DNA of 64,000 nucleotides from Octopus vulgaris (GCA_951406725.2 OX597835.1:40176001-40240000); one strand, 5' to 3'; counted from the first letter of the stretch, positions 50,388 through 63,950 are shown. Numbers and translations: made by a program. The notes: a model not told the origin generated them from the letters alone.

Positions 50388-51087
50388 CTAATAACATATC
50401 AAAATACATAGTTATTTAGGACGGAAACACTGAGGTCAAGGGACGGACGGATGGACGGAGAGACAACCGGATGGACACACACACACACACAGATAAAGAA
50501 TCAAATGGAAAAGTTTTTCTTTTTTTTATGCTATAAAGCAGGTAATAATTAATCATGATGAAGTTACAGGGTGGCAGGATATAGAGATTAAATGATAATT
50601 AAAAATTTTATGGTTAATTTATTGAGGTTTATCAAAATATTTAAATGTAGAACGGTATCTATGGTTACAGGAATAGCATCCAGGAATTTATTTAGAGTCA
50701 TATCGGAAAAGAAAATTCATGGATTCTCTAATGCACAATTTACATACACGCATAATTGTAGGGGGGGGAAGGCTTCGCTATTACAGATCTACAAGTGCAA
50801 ATCAGTCAACGTGTTGACTGAATTATATATAAAGCTACATCTTTATTTAGTTTGCTCAGAGTTGCCTCTCTTAGGTACATCTCATTGACAAGAGTCAAAA
50901 ACTCGGAACATTGATGTCTGGGATTCCTAAAAGATGGCGACACTGAACGAACTGGATGTTTTCATACCTTTTTATCATAAGAGAGATTTTTTTCCCTCCA
51001 CAATAACTGCAGGGTATTTGCCTTTTACCAGTTGTATGTATGTATGTATGTAGGTATGTAGGTATGTATGTATGTATGTATGTATGT

Positions 51088-51545
51088 ATCACTCAAGTTG
51101 CGCATGAGAAAGTAAGGAGGGATGTCAGGAAGGGCATCGCTGTTACACTTCCAGAAGGGAAGTGTCTTCCTTTGATTCTGACATGCAATGTCTGTGCAAG
51201 ACCCTGCCTCAGTAAAGCTGGACTCAAGAGTCATCTTCGTAGTCATAAAACGAGACAGATGAGTGACAACCTGGCCACTGGTAGTGGCGTAACACACCAT
51301 ACTAATCATATCTGTCGGGCATGTGGAAGAGAGTGTAATTCGGCAGGAGGACTTAAACGACATGCAAAGGTACATGAAGCCCAGTTACAACTACAGCCGG
51401 CTATTACCAGTAAAGGTTTTAGTTGCCAATTCTGTACAAGACATTGTAGATCTTTAGCTGGGCTAAAAAGTCACATTCGATCACAGCACCAGTAACAGTT
51501 AAGCTTCGTGCAATGGCCATACTTGATAACGAGGGGGCAGCCATA
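51088..51545 (+). mobile_element. 5'-truncated LINE (RTE-BovB-like) end encoding three C2H2 zinc fingers
   Basis: CNVC..SKAGLKSHLRSH, CRAC..SAGGLKRHAKVH, CQFC..SLAGLKSHIRSQH. Starts abruptly at a (TATG)n tract. Confidence 0.6.
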
Positions 51546-52018
51546 ATCACTGTATTTTAATACATCTATGATAACCATTTTTAACACAGCAAAAGCTACA
51601 CAAAACCTTACAGTTTACTTTTGAAAATCTTTTGAAAAAAGTGAAACCAGTCAAGTCAATAAACATCTTTAAAAGACCTCTGCATTTTCAAATGCTCTTT
51701 CCTACATATATATATCATCGTCATCATCATCGTTTAACGTCCATTTCCCATGCTAGCATGGATTGGACAGTTCAACCGGGGTCTGTGAAGCCAGGATGCT
51801 GCACCAGGCTCCAGTCTGATCTGGCAGTGTTTCTGCAGCTGGGTGCCTTTTACGTGCCACCGGCACACACTATTGATAAAGAATGAAAGAGACCTTGATA
51901 TTATGTAAATAGAGGAATTTATCTGTAATATATGTGACAATTATTTGGTTGTCATAATAAAACTCCGAGTTTCGGATGTCAGGGCGTTTCAGATGTCGAG
52001 GCAATCAAAATATGCCTC

Positions 52019-52079
52019 AATAACTGAAGAGATGCCAGTGCAGGTTTCTGCTCCAACATCCGAAACTTTGAGTTTTATT
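52019..52079 (+). ncRNA. type I hammerhead motif, slightly degenerate
   Basis: AAUAA-CUGAAGA-GAUG..GCAG(GUUU)CUGC..CAUCc-GAAA-CUUUGAG-UU^UUAUU, inside the 51921-52117 fold-back. Confidence 0.6.
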
Positions 52080-52523
52080 ATGGCAACCAAATAATTGTCA
52101 CATGTTATATTACAGATGGAGTGGTTGGCGTTAGGAAGGGCATCCAGCCGTAGAAACATTGCCAGATCAGACTGGAGCCTGGTGCAGCCTCCTGGCTTCC
52201 CAGACCCCAGTCGAACTGTCCAACCCATGCTAGCATGGAAAGCGGACTCTAAACGAAATGATATATATATATATATATAAGAGAACAAGGTGTATGTTAC
52301 ACCGCAATAATTTATGTATAAAAAATATATATAAAAATACAAAATGGGACAAGAACACAAAACATTCAAATAGACGACACAAAAAATGGATAGGTCATTC
52401 GAAGCCTCTAATCTTCAGTCAAGAACCGGATCATCCTTGCAATTTCAGCTGATTAATCTTGAGATCGCTCCGATCCGGCCAGCCCCAAGGAAAAACTAAG
52501 CTATGAGCATTAGATTTCTTGGA

Positions 52524-52608
<85 letters not shown>

Positions 52609-52713
52609 TGCACACACACTGAAAGACACACAAATTAAAAGAGAGGCACACTAACAAAAAAACAAACAGACAGGTAGACAGACAAAGGTAAGCAGGAATT
52701 GGTCGGAACTTAC

Positions 52714-52841
52714 CATGACAAAGTTTTGGGTTTTAAAACCGTTGGCTTTATCTTGCAGATAAAGAGGGTGGAACCATTCAAAGAGAGAATGGTACAAACC
52801 AAAATGTACAGGTGTCTTCCTGATGGCAGCTGCAAGTTCAC
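52714..52841 (-). CDS. FUCA: alpha-L-fucosidase exon 3
   Basis: ccttcag|[44 protein letters not shown]|gtaagt. 128 nt. Confidence 0.95.
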
Positions 52842-52899
52842 CTGAAGGATGAGGGAGAGGAAAAGAAGTCACCTTTAATTATTTTCTTTGGATGAAGAT

Positions 52900-53495
52900 G
52901 ATAGTGGTGATGATGATGATGATGAAAATGTTAATGGCAATGACAATGGTGGTGATTGTGATGATGATGAAGGTCATGTTGTTGATGATGAGGGTGATTA
53001 ATGATCAAGATGATGATGACAATGATGAGGCTTGTGATGACGATGATGATGATGACAATAACAATGTCTGAAAAGATGGTGGTGGTGGTGGGAGGGGTAG
53101 GAATAATGATGATGACAATGCTGCTGCTACTTAGGAGGAGGAGAGGAGGAGGCAGATGAAGAGGAGGGGGACGAAAAGAAGGAGGAAGGGGAGGAGGAGG
53201 AGAGGGGGCAGATGAAGATGAGGAGGGGGAGGAAGGAGAGGAGGAAGAAAAGGAGGGGAAGGGGAGGAGGAGGTATATGAAGGGGAGGAAGAAAAGGAGG
53301 GGAGGGGGAGGAAGATGAAGATGAGGAGGAAGGGGAGGAGGAGGCATATGAAGGGGAGGAGGAAGAAAAGGAGGAGGGGGCAGATGAAGGGGAGGAGGAA
53401 GAGGAGGAGGGGGAAGAAAAAAAGGAGGAAGAAGAAGAAAAGGAGGAAGAAGAAGAAAAGGAGGAAGAAGAAGAAAAGGAGGAAGAGGAGGAAGA
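52900..53495. repeat. (GAT)n and (GAG/AAG)n low-complexity tract filling FUCA intron 2
   Basis: Directly visible. Source of the poly-S/P/RK ORFs. Confidence 0.95.
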
Positions 53496-53520
53496 GATTT
53501 TCAGGAAAATATAAACTAAC

Positions 53521-53627
53521 CAACAAGGTCTCGTTTTGGCCCCACATCTTTTGAGTTCCAATTCCAGGAGTATTTAGATGGCCAGTTGGTGAATCCTTCA
53601 TGGTGTTTGCTTGTTAGAACAACGTAC
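53521..53627 (-). CDS. FUCA: alpha-L-fucosidase exon 2
   Basis: tttgtcag|[37 protein letters not shown]|gttagt. 107 nt, contains the GH29 KHHEGF motif, phase matches exon 1. Confidence 0.95.
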
Positions 53628-53984
53628 CTGACAAAAGAATTTAGAAAAAGAAAAAAATTAATTAACCTTTAAACAACAGGAAAGAGTTGCATGAAGGTGT
53701 GTGCCAAACGAGCAAAAAACAAACAAAAAAATCTCTTTTTCAAAAATTACATAGATATTATCCTATCATTTACAGTTTCTATATTTATTTTCACTTCAAA
53801 TAAGTAAAAAAAATTTTCTATAATGATTGTTAGTCTCTTGCACAATAAAATTTACAATCTCGTTATTAAAAACTGCCATAAAATACTGACTTTCCATGAT
53901 GGCCGAATGCATGTAAAATTTTTGAAACATCAATTGATGATGTTCACTGTTCTTTAATGAAAGATCAATTGACGATGTCAGCTA

Positions 53985-55272
53985 TAATAATAATAATGAA
54001 ATTATTGTATACGGTGCTCACGTGCACCACAACTTGTCAGAGTATATGCAGTAATGTACAAATATCTGGAAAGCGAACAATGCATGAGTCAGATACATGC
54101 CTGTGTGTGTATGGAGGGGAGAAAATCAGGTGGAGTGTTGGCGAATCTCAGAAAGCATGGAAGTTTTGAAGGATGCAGTGCTCCGACAACTAACAACTGA
54201 TGCCAGCAGTTTGTTCCATGCTTCAGCAACTCTCAGCGTGAAAAAATGTTTCCCGAAGTCATGGAAGCTGTGCTGTTTTCTGACTTTGTAAATATGTCCA
54301 CGGGTGGAGTTTGAAAAGGTGCTCAGAGTTATTGTTTGTAAGATGGTTGATAATTTTATGGGTGTCTGCCAAGTCAGCTGCCAGACGTCGGAGTTTCAAT
54401 GTGTCCATGCCCAGGGAAGTAAGGCGTTCAGGATATGGCAAATGCCTGATGGAGGGTATTCTTTTGGTTGCACATCGCTGAACGGCTTCCAGACGATTAA
54501 TATCCTGGGCAAGACAGGGGTTCCAGACCGGTGATGTAAACTCCAGGTGAGGTCTTACCATAGCTATATAAAACCGCAGATAGATAGCCGGAGAGCGGCT
54601 CATGAAGGACTTGGTGAGTGATGCCAAGACACCCTCAGCCTTCTTGACAATTTTAGCGATGTGTTTTGTCCAATGCAAATCACTGTCGGCAATAACACCC
54701 AGGTCACGTTCACATGAAGACTTTTTGAGACTAGTGTTGTGGAGGGAGTAGGTGGACGCTGGGTTTCTCCTCCCAAAATGCATGGTGGTACATTTGTCCA
54801 CAGCCAGCTTGAGTTGCCAGTCCATAATCCATTGCTGAATTGTGTCCAGGTCTGATTGCAATAAAGATATATAGTGTACAGGATCTGACCTCTTTATTTC
54901 GAGGTACAGCTTGATGTCATCTACATATGTCAGCACTGTGGCATTTTTTAAGTTGGCATCTATGTCATTAACATATGCAACAAATAAAAGGGGGCCAAGA
55001 ACAGATCCCTGTGGTACACCAAATGTCATCTCATAGGGCGAAGAGTGCTGTCCTAGAACTGTGACAACCTCTTTTTGGCCGAAAATAAAGGACTTCAACC
55101 AGTTATAGAGTTCGTCTCTTACGCCCAACGCAGAAAGCTTCACCATAAGTCTTTTGTGTGGCACAGAGTTAAAAGCCTTAGCAAAGTCCAGGTAAACAAC
55201 ATCCACCCAGGATCCGTGATCAGTGATTTGGGTAACGTCCTCAAGAAACTCGATGAGTTGATTACAGCAGCT
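53985..55272 (-). mobile_element. CR1/L2-group LINE 3' part with a 315-aa open RT stretch
   Basis: DVVYLDFAKAFNSVPH...GVPQGSVLGPLLF...YVDD...RDLGV...RPHLEF, ending at an (ATT)n tail. Confidence 0.92.
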
Positions 55273-56274
55273 ATTTAAGAGTTAATCAATTACCATATTT
55301 TAATGTGTATAAGGAAGCCCCTAATTTTGGGGTCTTAAAATTTGGAAAAAAGGTTTTGTAAGGGATTATGATACTATCCATGTATAAGAAACTCCCATAT
55401 TTTTTAACCTAATTTTTGACAAAAAAGGGTTCCTTGTACACGTTGAAATACGGTAATTAATTACCTTCTTTTACTTGTTTCAGCCACTGACTGAACTACG
55501 ACCATGCTGGAGCACTGCCTTCAAGAGTTTGTTCAACCCCAGTACCTATTTTTCTTTTTTAAGTTATGTACTTATTTTTTCAGTCTATTTTGCCAGACCA
55601 CTAAGCTATGGGGACATAAACAAACCAACACCAGTTCTCAAGGAAGCAACAACCTAGATGTTGGAGCTGAAAGAAAGAACAGACATATATATATATTCTC
55701 ATATACATTTACACACATTTTTATATGCACATTCTCATACACTAATATACACATATACCTACAGGAGATGTGTACAATAGATAATTATAACTTGGATAGC
55801 TAAGACAGGTTTCGGCCAGTATAGGCCCAGGCTATGTCGAACTTAATAGCACCACCTTGTGAAGTCTTTCACCTGGGAAATAAACAACTTCCCATTCCTC
55901 TCCCTCCCAGCATTTCTTAAGTATGTAATTAAGGAAAATAGAAACTTTAATGTAGTCTGAAAACAAAAGACAAAAATTACTAAGAATGGCTACAAGAAAT
56001 AGTGAGTACAACACAGGTAGAAATTCACACATACACACACACATACACACACATGCATTCTTTCTCTCTCTCTTTTACTTGTTTCAGTCATTTGACTGCG
56101 GCCATGCTGGAGCACCGCCTATAATCGAGCAACTCGACCCCGGGGCTTATTCATTGTAAGCCCAGTACTTATTCTATCGGTCTCTTTTGCCGAACCGCTA
56201 AGTGTCGGGGACATAAACACACCAGCATTGGTTGTCAAGCAAGCAATGCTAGGGGGACAAACACAGACACACAA

Positions 56275-56345
<71 letters not shown>

Positions 56346-58359
56346 TATACACAGCATCCAACTGCAGAAAAATACGCTTTAACAAATGGGCTTCTTTCAG
56401 TTTCCGTCTACCAAATCCACTCACAAGGCTTTGGTCGGCCCGAGGCTATAGTAGAAGATACTTGCCCAAGGTGCCATGCAGTGGGACTGAACCCGGAACC
56501 ATGTGGTTGGTAAACAAGCTACTTACCACACAGCCACTCCTGCATGCATACATACACACACGCAAACACAACATAACGATATAGGTGTAGGTATAGTCAT
56601 GAGGTTAAGTAATGTGCTTCCCAACCATATGGTTTCAGGTTCAGTCCTATTGTGTAGCATCTCAGACAAGAGTTTTCTATTATAGCCCTGGGCCAACAAA
56701 AGCCTTGTTAGTCAATTTGGTAGGCAAAAACTGAAACAACTCCCTCATATATTTATACATGTGTTCCGGGTTCAGTCCCACTGCATGGCACCTTGGGCAA
56801 GTATCTTCTACTATAGCCTAGGGCTGACCAAAGCTTTGAGAGTGGATTTGGTAGACAGAAACTGAAAGAAGCCCATTTGTTAAAGAGTATTTTCTGCAGT
56901 TGGATGCTCTTCCTGTCACCACCACTCACTCGTTTCAAAACAAGGTAATATTGCCTCATAGCCAGACATGACTTCACTGAAAATTAGAAATGAAGGACAC
57001 CGCTTGCATGATGGGGACACTTGTTTACAACCATCATGTAAGGAGGAGTCAGTAATACACACACATAGAGACATCAGTGGTTTTGCTGGAATTCAGCAAC
57101 AAGATTTGTGTCAGCCAAACCATAAAACTCTTTTGCTTTTCTCTTTTCTTTCAGATTAAATTTTCTTTCCACTCCAATTAGAGCCAACCTACTTAGGAAG
57201 CTAAACACGAAGGAAATGGTTGCTCATTTGACTAAAAATCAATACAGTTGCCACAGGGAATAGCTGAGCTGTTCTTAATCAATAATAAAAAGAACAGGCA
57301 TGGTTCAATGCTCTAAATATGTTATAAGTCCACGTTGACAAGATTTTGCTCACTTCTTGTATACTTTTCTCCTCCTTTGTCACAGTGTTATCAGTTTAGG
57401 GCCCAGGCTAATAAACCCTTTACACTCAAGATCACTTTACCAAGATTTCATGGGTGCCAGGAAGGTCAGAATCCTGAGTAAAAAAAAAAAGCCATGCCAC
57501 TGTTACCTCTTTTTGAATATTTTACTGACAATGGTTTTGTCACATGAATTTGGACGTTGATGCCAGCGCCGCCTGACTGGCGTCTGTGTGTGTCAGTGAC
57601 ACATAAAAGTACCAACCAATCGTGGCCGTTTGCCAGTCTCCTCTGGCCTATATATATACATACATATATATATATATATATATCATCATCATCATCGTTT
57701 AACGTCCGTTTTCCGTGCTAGCACGGGTTGGACGGTTTGACTGGGGTCTGGGGAGCCAGGGGCTGCCCCAGGCTCCAGTCTGGTCTGGCAGTGCTTCTAC
57801 AGCTGGATGCCCTTCCTAACGCCAACCACTCCGCAAGTGGTAGTGGGTGCTTGTATATATATATATATGTATGTATATATATATATATGTATATATGTAT
57901 GTATATATATATGTATATATGTATGTGTGTATCTGTGTTTGTCCCCCACCATCGCTTGACAACCGATGTTGGTGTGTTTACACCCTTATAACTTAGCGGT
58001 TCGACAAGAGACCGATAGAATAAGTACTAAGTTTACAAAGAATAAGTCCTGAGGTCGATTTGCTCAACTAAAGGCAGTGCTCCAGCATGGCAGCTGTCAA
58101 ATGACTGAAACAAATAAAAGAATAAAAAGAATATGCTTTAAATCTAAGCATTAGATGAGTACGGAACATTAATATAGATTATGGTATGACAAGGAAACAA
58201 GAATTATGCAATCAACTTCATTAGCTTACAGCTGTTTCTGCTGTAAAAGCAGAGCATTGACAGCTGTTTCTTATAGCAGAAACAGCTAATGAAATTGATT
58301 GTGTAATTCAACTATTTCTGTTACATATGCATACTGTTTCATTTCTGCAGACATGACCT

Positions 58360-59560
58360 GGTGTTTCAAACTTTCCATGCTGGCATGGGTTGGACGGCTT
58401 CACTGGGGACTGGCAAACCAGTAGGCTGCACCAGGCTCCAATCTGATCTGGCAGAGTTTCTACAGCTGGATGCCCTTCCTAACTCCAACCATACCAAGAG
58501 TATAGTGGGTGCTTTTTACATGCCACCAGCATGGGAGCCAGTCAGGTGACATTGGTATCGACCATATTTGGATGATGTTTTTTAAGTGCCACCAGCATAG
58601 GAACCGGTTGGTTGGGGACTGCACTCAATCATGTTTGGATGGTGCTTTTTATATGTCACTGGCACAGGGAGCCAGTCAGGTGGCACTGGCATCAACCCAC
58701 ACTTGAATGATGCTTATTACATGCTGCTCAGGTGGCACTGGCATCGACCACAACTACAATTTTGATTTTGATTTTATTTGACTCAATAGGTCTTCTCAAG
58801 CACAGCATATCATCCGATGAATCAAGGGTACTTTTAAATGGGTTGGTTATGTAACACTGGTATAAGCTATGGCTGTGATCTCACTTTACATGCTGGGTCT
58901 TCTCAACCACAGCATATCTCTAAAGGTCTTGGTCTCTTGTCATTGCCTCTGTGAGGCCCAACGTTCGAAGGTCGTGCTTCACCACCTCATCCCATGTCTT
59001 CCTGGGTCTCCCTCTTCCACGGGTTCCTTCCACTGTTAGGGTGTGACACTTTTTCACACAGCTCTCCTCGTCCATAAGCAGCACATGACCATACCAGTGC
59101 AGTCATCTCTCTTGTACACCACACCTGATGCTTCTTATGTCCAACATTTCTCTCAGAGTGCTTAAACTCTGTCGTGTGTGCACACTTACATTACACATCC
59201 AGTGGATCATACTAGCTTCATTTCTTTCAAGCCTGTGTATGTCCTCAACAATCATGGCCCATGTTTCAATGCCATATAACAAGGTTGTTCACACTAAGGC
59301 ATCATACAATCTACCTTTCACTCTGAGCAAGAGGCCCTTTGTTACCAGCAGAGGTAAGAATTTTCTGAACTTTTCCCAGGCTATTCTCATTCTAGTGGCA
59401 ACACTCTCAGAGCATCCACAACCACTATAGACTTGGTCACCTAGGTAGCAGAAGCTATCAACTACTTCTAGTTTCTGCCCCTGGCATGTGATGGAATCTG
59501 TTTTCTGAACATCTTCGGTGTTTATTACCCCTGTGCATCTGTCACACACAAAAACTATCA
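58360..59560 (-). mobile_element. RTE-clade LINE 3' fragment
   Basis: Translation LEVVDSFCYLGD...RMRIAWEKFRKFLPLL...VKGRLYDA is the RTE RT C-terminal region, followed by the 3' tandem repeats. Confidence 0.8.
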
Positions 59561-59699
59561 TCCTGATTAACCTTCCTTTGATATCGCTGTTTACAGCAAT
59601 TATCCTTGATGCAAACACCAGAAGCAAAAGTGTCATTTGGTTTCTAAAGGTGGGCCTACTCTGGGTGAATCCAAGGTGCCAGCATAAGGTTGCACAAAA

Positions 59700-60560
59700 G
59701 ATGTTAGGGGTGATGTGGTCGCAGAAATTGTGTGACAGCCATGACAAGGTTCTCCTTCTTGTATGGCATGGTACATAGTCCTGTTGCCAGACATAGGGTC
59801 TTCTAGCAACCACCCTCTTGGCCCAGGTCAGTACTACCTCCTCCAGGCACTTGATGTAGACCTCCATGTTGAGTCAAAGGCTATGTGGGAAGATGAATGG
59901 AGGCAACACATCACCATCACTAGCGATCACTCCAAAAACCATGATGTTGACTGGATGCTTCATTTTTTTCACTCTTGGTACATGTTTTGGAGATATGGCA
60001 AGCCAATGGTTGTTCTGTGTGTTCACCATCTGATCCTGATAGAAATTCTTCTTGTCTCAGAAAAACCAAAGCATGTTCAGTTATAGGGGATACTGGAGTT
60101 TGTTCAAAAGCTTAGTAGCAAGGTCTTTCCTCTTGTCCTTGATGGCTTGGGGTAGAAATTGGCCCTTTCTAGTCTTGTATGAGGAATACTGAATGTCATC
60201 ATGCACTAACTGCCTGATAAGAAACGCAGACACTCCCATGTCCCTGGCGACAGACCTGATTGACTTGGGGGGATCATTGTCAATCGTGGCCTGGATCTCA
60301 CCATCAATTTCAGGAGTTCTTTTCAGATCTATTCAATGATCAGAGTGAGTTTTCTGAGCTGCTGTACCTTTGTAATCACCATTAGACTCATCCAACTCTT
60401 TCCAAATCCTCTGCACTGTCCTCAGATTGACACCCAAATACCTTGAAATGGGGCTTCCAGCATGGATGCCAAGCAGTACAGCATGTTGTTTCCAAATTTC
60501 TGGCTGAATGAATTGCGTCGTGGCACTGTTTTTCTCACAGACGGTGCCCAACAGACCCGA
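59700..60560 (-). pseudogene. second DD37D transposase fossil of the same family
   Basis: ISRYLGVNLRTVQRIWKEL (HTH) and YIKCLEEVVLTWAKRVVARRPYVWQQD. Homologous to 30440-30890. Confidence 0.8.
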
Positions 60561-60824
60561 AATGAAAACTATAAAACATATAACTGAAAAATAAACAATG
60601 TTCCCCCTTTTCCTAGAATTCTTTTGGCTTACAATTAAGGAAACAATAATGCTAACTACAACAATAATACTAGCTTCTACCGCTGTCCACATAACTGCTA
60701 GAAATAAAAGCCAAACAAACCTCAATTCACGCCTTACAGTCTTAATAAAAACGAAGGGTACATTAGATTGTAAGATCTCCAGATGCTACGGTACTATGTT
60801 TAAAAGCTGTAGGGGGAAAAAAAG

Positions 60825-61117
60825 GGTACTACTTAAGAAGAGTGGTCCCGGTGCGCGCACTCGCTTAGTCGCGCATCCGCGCTAGCTAGTCGCGCATCCG
60901 CGCTAGCTAGTCGCGACTAGTCGATCCTTACTTTGTATTTTTGTATTTTATTTACTTTGTTTTAAAAAAATTATTTACTTTGTGTAAAAAAATTATTATT
61001 TTGTGTTTTATTTACTTTGCTAGGAAGTCGTTGTAGGATCGACTAGTCACGACTAGCTAGCGCGGATGCGCGAGTACGCGTGAGCAATCACCGGGACCAC
61101 TCTTCTTAAGTAGTACC
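60825..61117. mobile_element. Merlin-like MITE, CpG-rich
   Basis: 29-bp TIR GGTACTACTTAAGAAGAGTGGTCCCGGTG. 8-bp TSD AAAAAAAG / AAAAATAG. Confidence 0.75.
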
Positions 61118-61242
61118 AAAAATAGGATGGTCAAAGCTGAAACATTTTTGATTGTAGGTCTAGTCGATTAGGGTTGACCTGTGGCTAAACAATAACAACT
61201 CACAACAACAGAAGCGATAAATAAACAAAAATAAACAACAAC

Positions 61243-61670
61243 CTGGCACCGGATTTGGTAAATATTTCTGCCCACTGGTTTGGGTTGAAGAACTCTGTGG
61301 TGAACATCGGAGCAAAATCCTGGTAGGTGAAGTCTGGCCTGTAATTGTTCTTCATAAATTCCATACAAACTGGGTCCCGAACCCCATCAAGATCCCACCA
61401 AAACCACTCAGAGCGAAAACTGGGCACAGAAAACACGCCCCAATGTAGGAAGATGCCGATTTTGGCCTCGTCGTACCATTTTGGTATGGGACGTGTGTCA
61501 AGAGATTGCCAATCGGGTTTGTACGGACCGCTAGAGATGCCTGTCCGAAATGCTGCAACGCCCCAGGATAAACTTGTTGAAGATAGTAAAAGAACCAGGA
61601 ATAGTGTCGACGAAGGCCACCAAACAGATAAAGTTAACTTCGATACCATCTTCTTTGTTATGGCTTGCAT
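61243..61670 (-). CDS. FUCA: alpha-L-fucosidase (GH29), coding exon 1 of 8
   Basis: [11 protein letters not shown]...hydrophobic signal-like segment...[36 protein letters not shown]...FTKSGA. Donor AG|GTTGT at 61242. 428 nt, phase 2. The second Met (MVSKL) is an alternative start. Confidence 0.95.
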
Positions 61671-61903
61671 TCAAAATCGAGGTTTATATTGCCAGTATAG
61701 TATTAGCTATAACAGTAATTGATCAACAATTAATCTTTAGTTAAAATGATTTGTGAGTAATCACAAAAATAGACGGGAAAAGCAGAAGTAAACACATGAC
61801 TACTGCTGCCCCTGCTGCAATTGTCCACCACTGCTGCTACTGCCGCTGCTGTTACTATGTATTTATATACTTAACTATATCTTGCTATTATTGTCCCTAC
61901 TGC

Positions 61904-62043
61904 GGATCTTTTCGGTTTGACCGGCAGTTTTTAACATAATTTCTAGGTAACTAAAAAATGTTAAACTTCGTATACTGGTAGAATGTGTTTATAAAACATC
62001 TTTTTCTCTTGGCTTTAATAAGAAAATTCTGTAAAAAAGATCC
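61904..62043. mobile_element. Merlin-like MITE, deleted copy
   Basis: GGATC...GATCC ends. TSD CCTACTGC / GCTACTGC. Confidence 0.75.
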
Positions 62044-62084
62044 GCTACTGCAGCAACGAACTCTGCTATTAATATATTTTTCTT

Positions 62085-62323
62085 GGATCTTTTCCTTTTA
62101 AACGGCACTTTGTAACATAATTTCTAGGTAACTAAAAAGTTTTAAACTTCGATTCATTGGTTAAAATTCTAAAAATTAAACTACGTTAAACAAATGAATT
62201 ACAATTTTATCAAGAAAGCCAAGAGAAAAAAAAATGTTTTATTTTGACACATTCTACCAGTATACGAAGTTTTAAAGTGTTTAGTTAACTAGAAATTGTC
62301 TGCCGTTCAAAAGGAAAAGATCC
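62085..62323. mobile_element. Merlin-like MITE
   Basis: TIRs and exact 8-bp TSD TTTTTCTT. Confidence 0.85.
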
Positions 62324-63089
62324 TTTTTCTTTGCAACACACGCCCACACGGCCTAGAATTTTGGAGGAAGATGAATTTTCCACTAAATCGACGCCAGTAC
62401 TTGACTGATACTTTATGTTATGATGCCACCACCACCACGAGAGATGTGAAAGGCAAAGTCACGTTCGGTGTCATTACAGGTGTGAGAAGCAAAGTCGCGC
62501 TCGGTGTCATTACAGGTGTGTGAAGCAAAGTCATGCTCGGTGTCAATAACACTTTATGTACCTTATAACAACATTTTCAGGTTGTGCAATTTACAGAAAT
62601 TATTGCAAGCTACCACTGAGCTGAATTAAAATAAATACAAATTAACTGCATCATTTAAATTGAGCCGGTGCCCTTTCATATTCCACCGTTTCATAACTTT
62701 TGATTTTTCTTACGAATCTTCGATATTTATTAGATATTTTAAAGATTTTGCTTTAATTTTTTCTGTTTCCTTTCTTACACTTCCTTAATTTATATAACTT
62801 TCCGATCGAAAGTTTACCGGTTCGTTGCATTAGCTTATCTCTATGACAACACCGGCAACGGGGCTTTTTGATTGGTTAAAATTACATTAATTTAAATATT
62901 TGAAACTTCTTCATTATTTATTTCTAAAAAAAAAAAATAGTTTAATGCAATTTCCGTCATCAGCATTTTTTGAAAATAATCTGCTGACAATTTGTAAAAC
63001 TTCACCTCTTCCTACAATTATTTCCTTTCTTCACGTTCTCTCTCCGTCCTGATATTAACCGTATCTTATTCAATTCCTATATCTAAATC

Positions 63090-63512
63090 GGATCTTTTCG
63101 GTTTGGACGGCAGTTTTTTAAAATAATTTCCACGTAACTAAGCACTTTTAAACTTCGTATACTGGTAGAATGTGTTTATAAAACATATTTTTCTCTTGGC
63201 TTTCTTGAGAAAATTCTATAGTTTGTAAGATATTTGTTGTCGTTTTTTTTCTTCAATTTCTGCAATTTCAACCAATCAATGACGTCCATTGAGGTAAAAA
63301 AAACATTCTGTGCCGTATGAATATGTCCCTCGTTTAAGAAACAGATTGGGTTTATTTACATTTGTGAAGAAAAAAATATACCCATCCCCCCACACCTAAC
63401 CCTAACCCTAAAACAGATTGAAATGCAATAGATCGATACTAGGGTCATAATTATGGGTGACAATTTCATATGACACTGCTAGAAAAAACTGCCGTTCAAA
63501 CCAAAAAGACCC
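63090..63512. mobile_element. Merlin-like MITE with internal CCTAAC repeats
   Basis: TIRs and exact 8-bp TSD TCTAAATC. Confidence 0.85.
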
Positions 63513-63728
63513 TCTAAATCATCTATCATACCCTTTTCCCTCCAGTATACTTATGTGCAATCTACCCACTTGTTTTTTTCTGTTCCTCCAACCCATGACC
63601 TTTGGGGACCCATATAAGATTTCATTGTTAAAGCTTATGAGCAATAATTTGATTATGCTTTTAGAAATATACACAAAATATTTTAACAGTTTGAAGTACA
63701 ATTCCTAAAATATTTAATTATATGAATA

Positions 63729-63950
63729 CCATATCTGTTAAGACCTACCAAAAACTGAGCAAGTATAAAGATCTTGAAATAGAAATTAGCAAAATGTGGA
63801 ACGTGAAGACTAAAACAATACCTGTTGTCATAGGTGCCCTAGGAATGATAACAAAAGAGGCTGATTGCTACCTAGCTCAGATATAAGGAAACCCCAGAAT
63901 GGCAGAAATTCAAAAGATAGTGCTCATGGGAACTGCCCATATCCTATGTA
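63729..63950 (+). mobile_element. R4/Dong-clade non-LTR element, restriction-like endonuclease C-terminus
   Basis: KLSKYKDLEIEISKMWNVKTKTIPVVIGALG...IQKIVLMGTAHIL, with one internal stop. Confidence 0.8.

Noticed and set aside
52931-53601. Poly-Pro, poly-Ser and protamine-like RK ORFs
   Set aside because: They are simple GAG/AAG repeat inside FUCA intron 2.
58201-58309. GAAACAGCUGUA hammerhead 3' half within a small inverted repeat
   Set aside because: The CUGANGA half is missing. Counted only as a palindrome or decayed relic.
62445-62545. 3 x ~36-bp tandem repeat upstream of FUCA
   Set aside because: It appears derived from a SINE internal segment (GCAAAGTC...CTCGG); ordinary local slippage.
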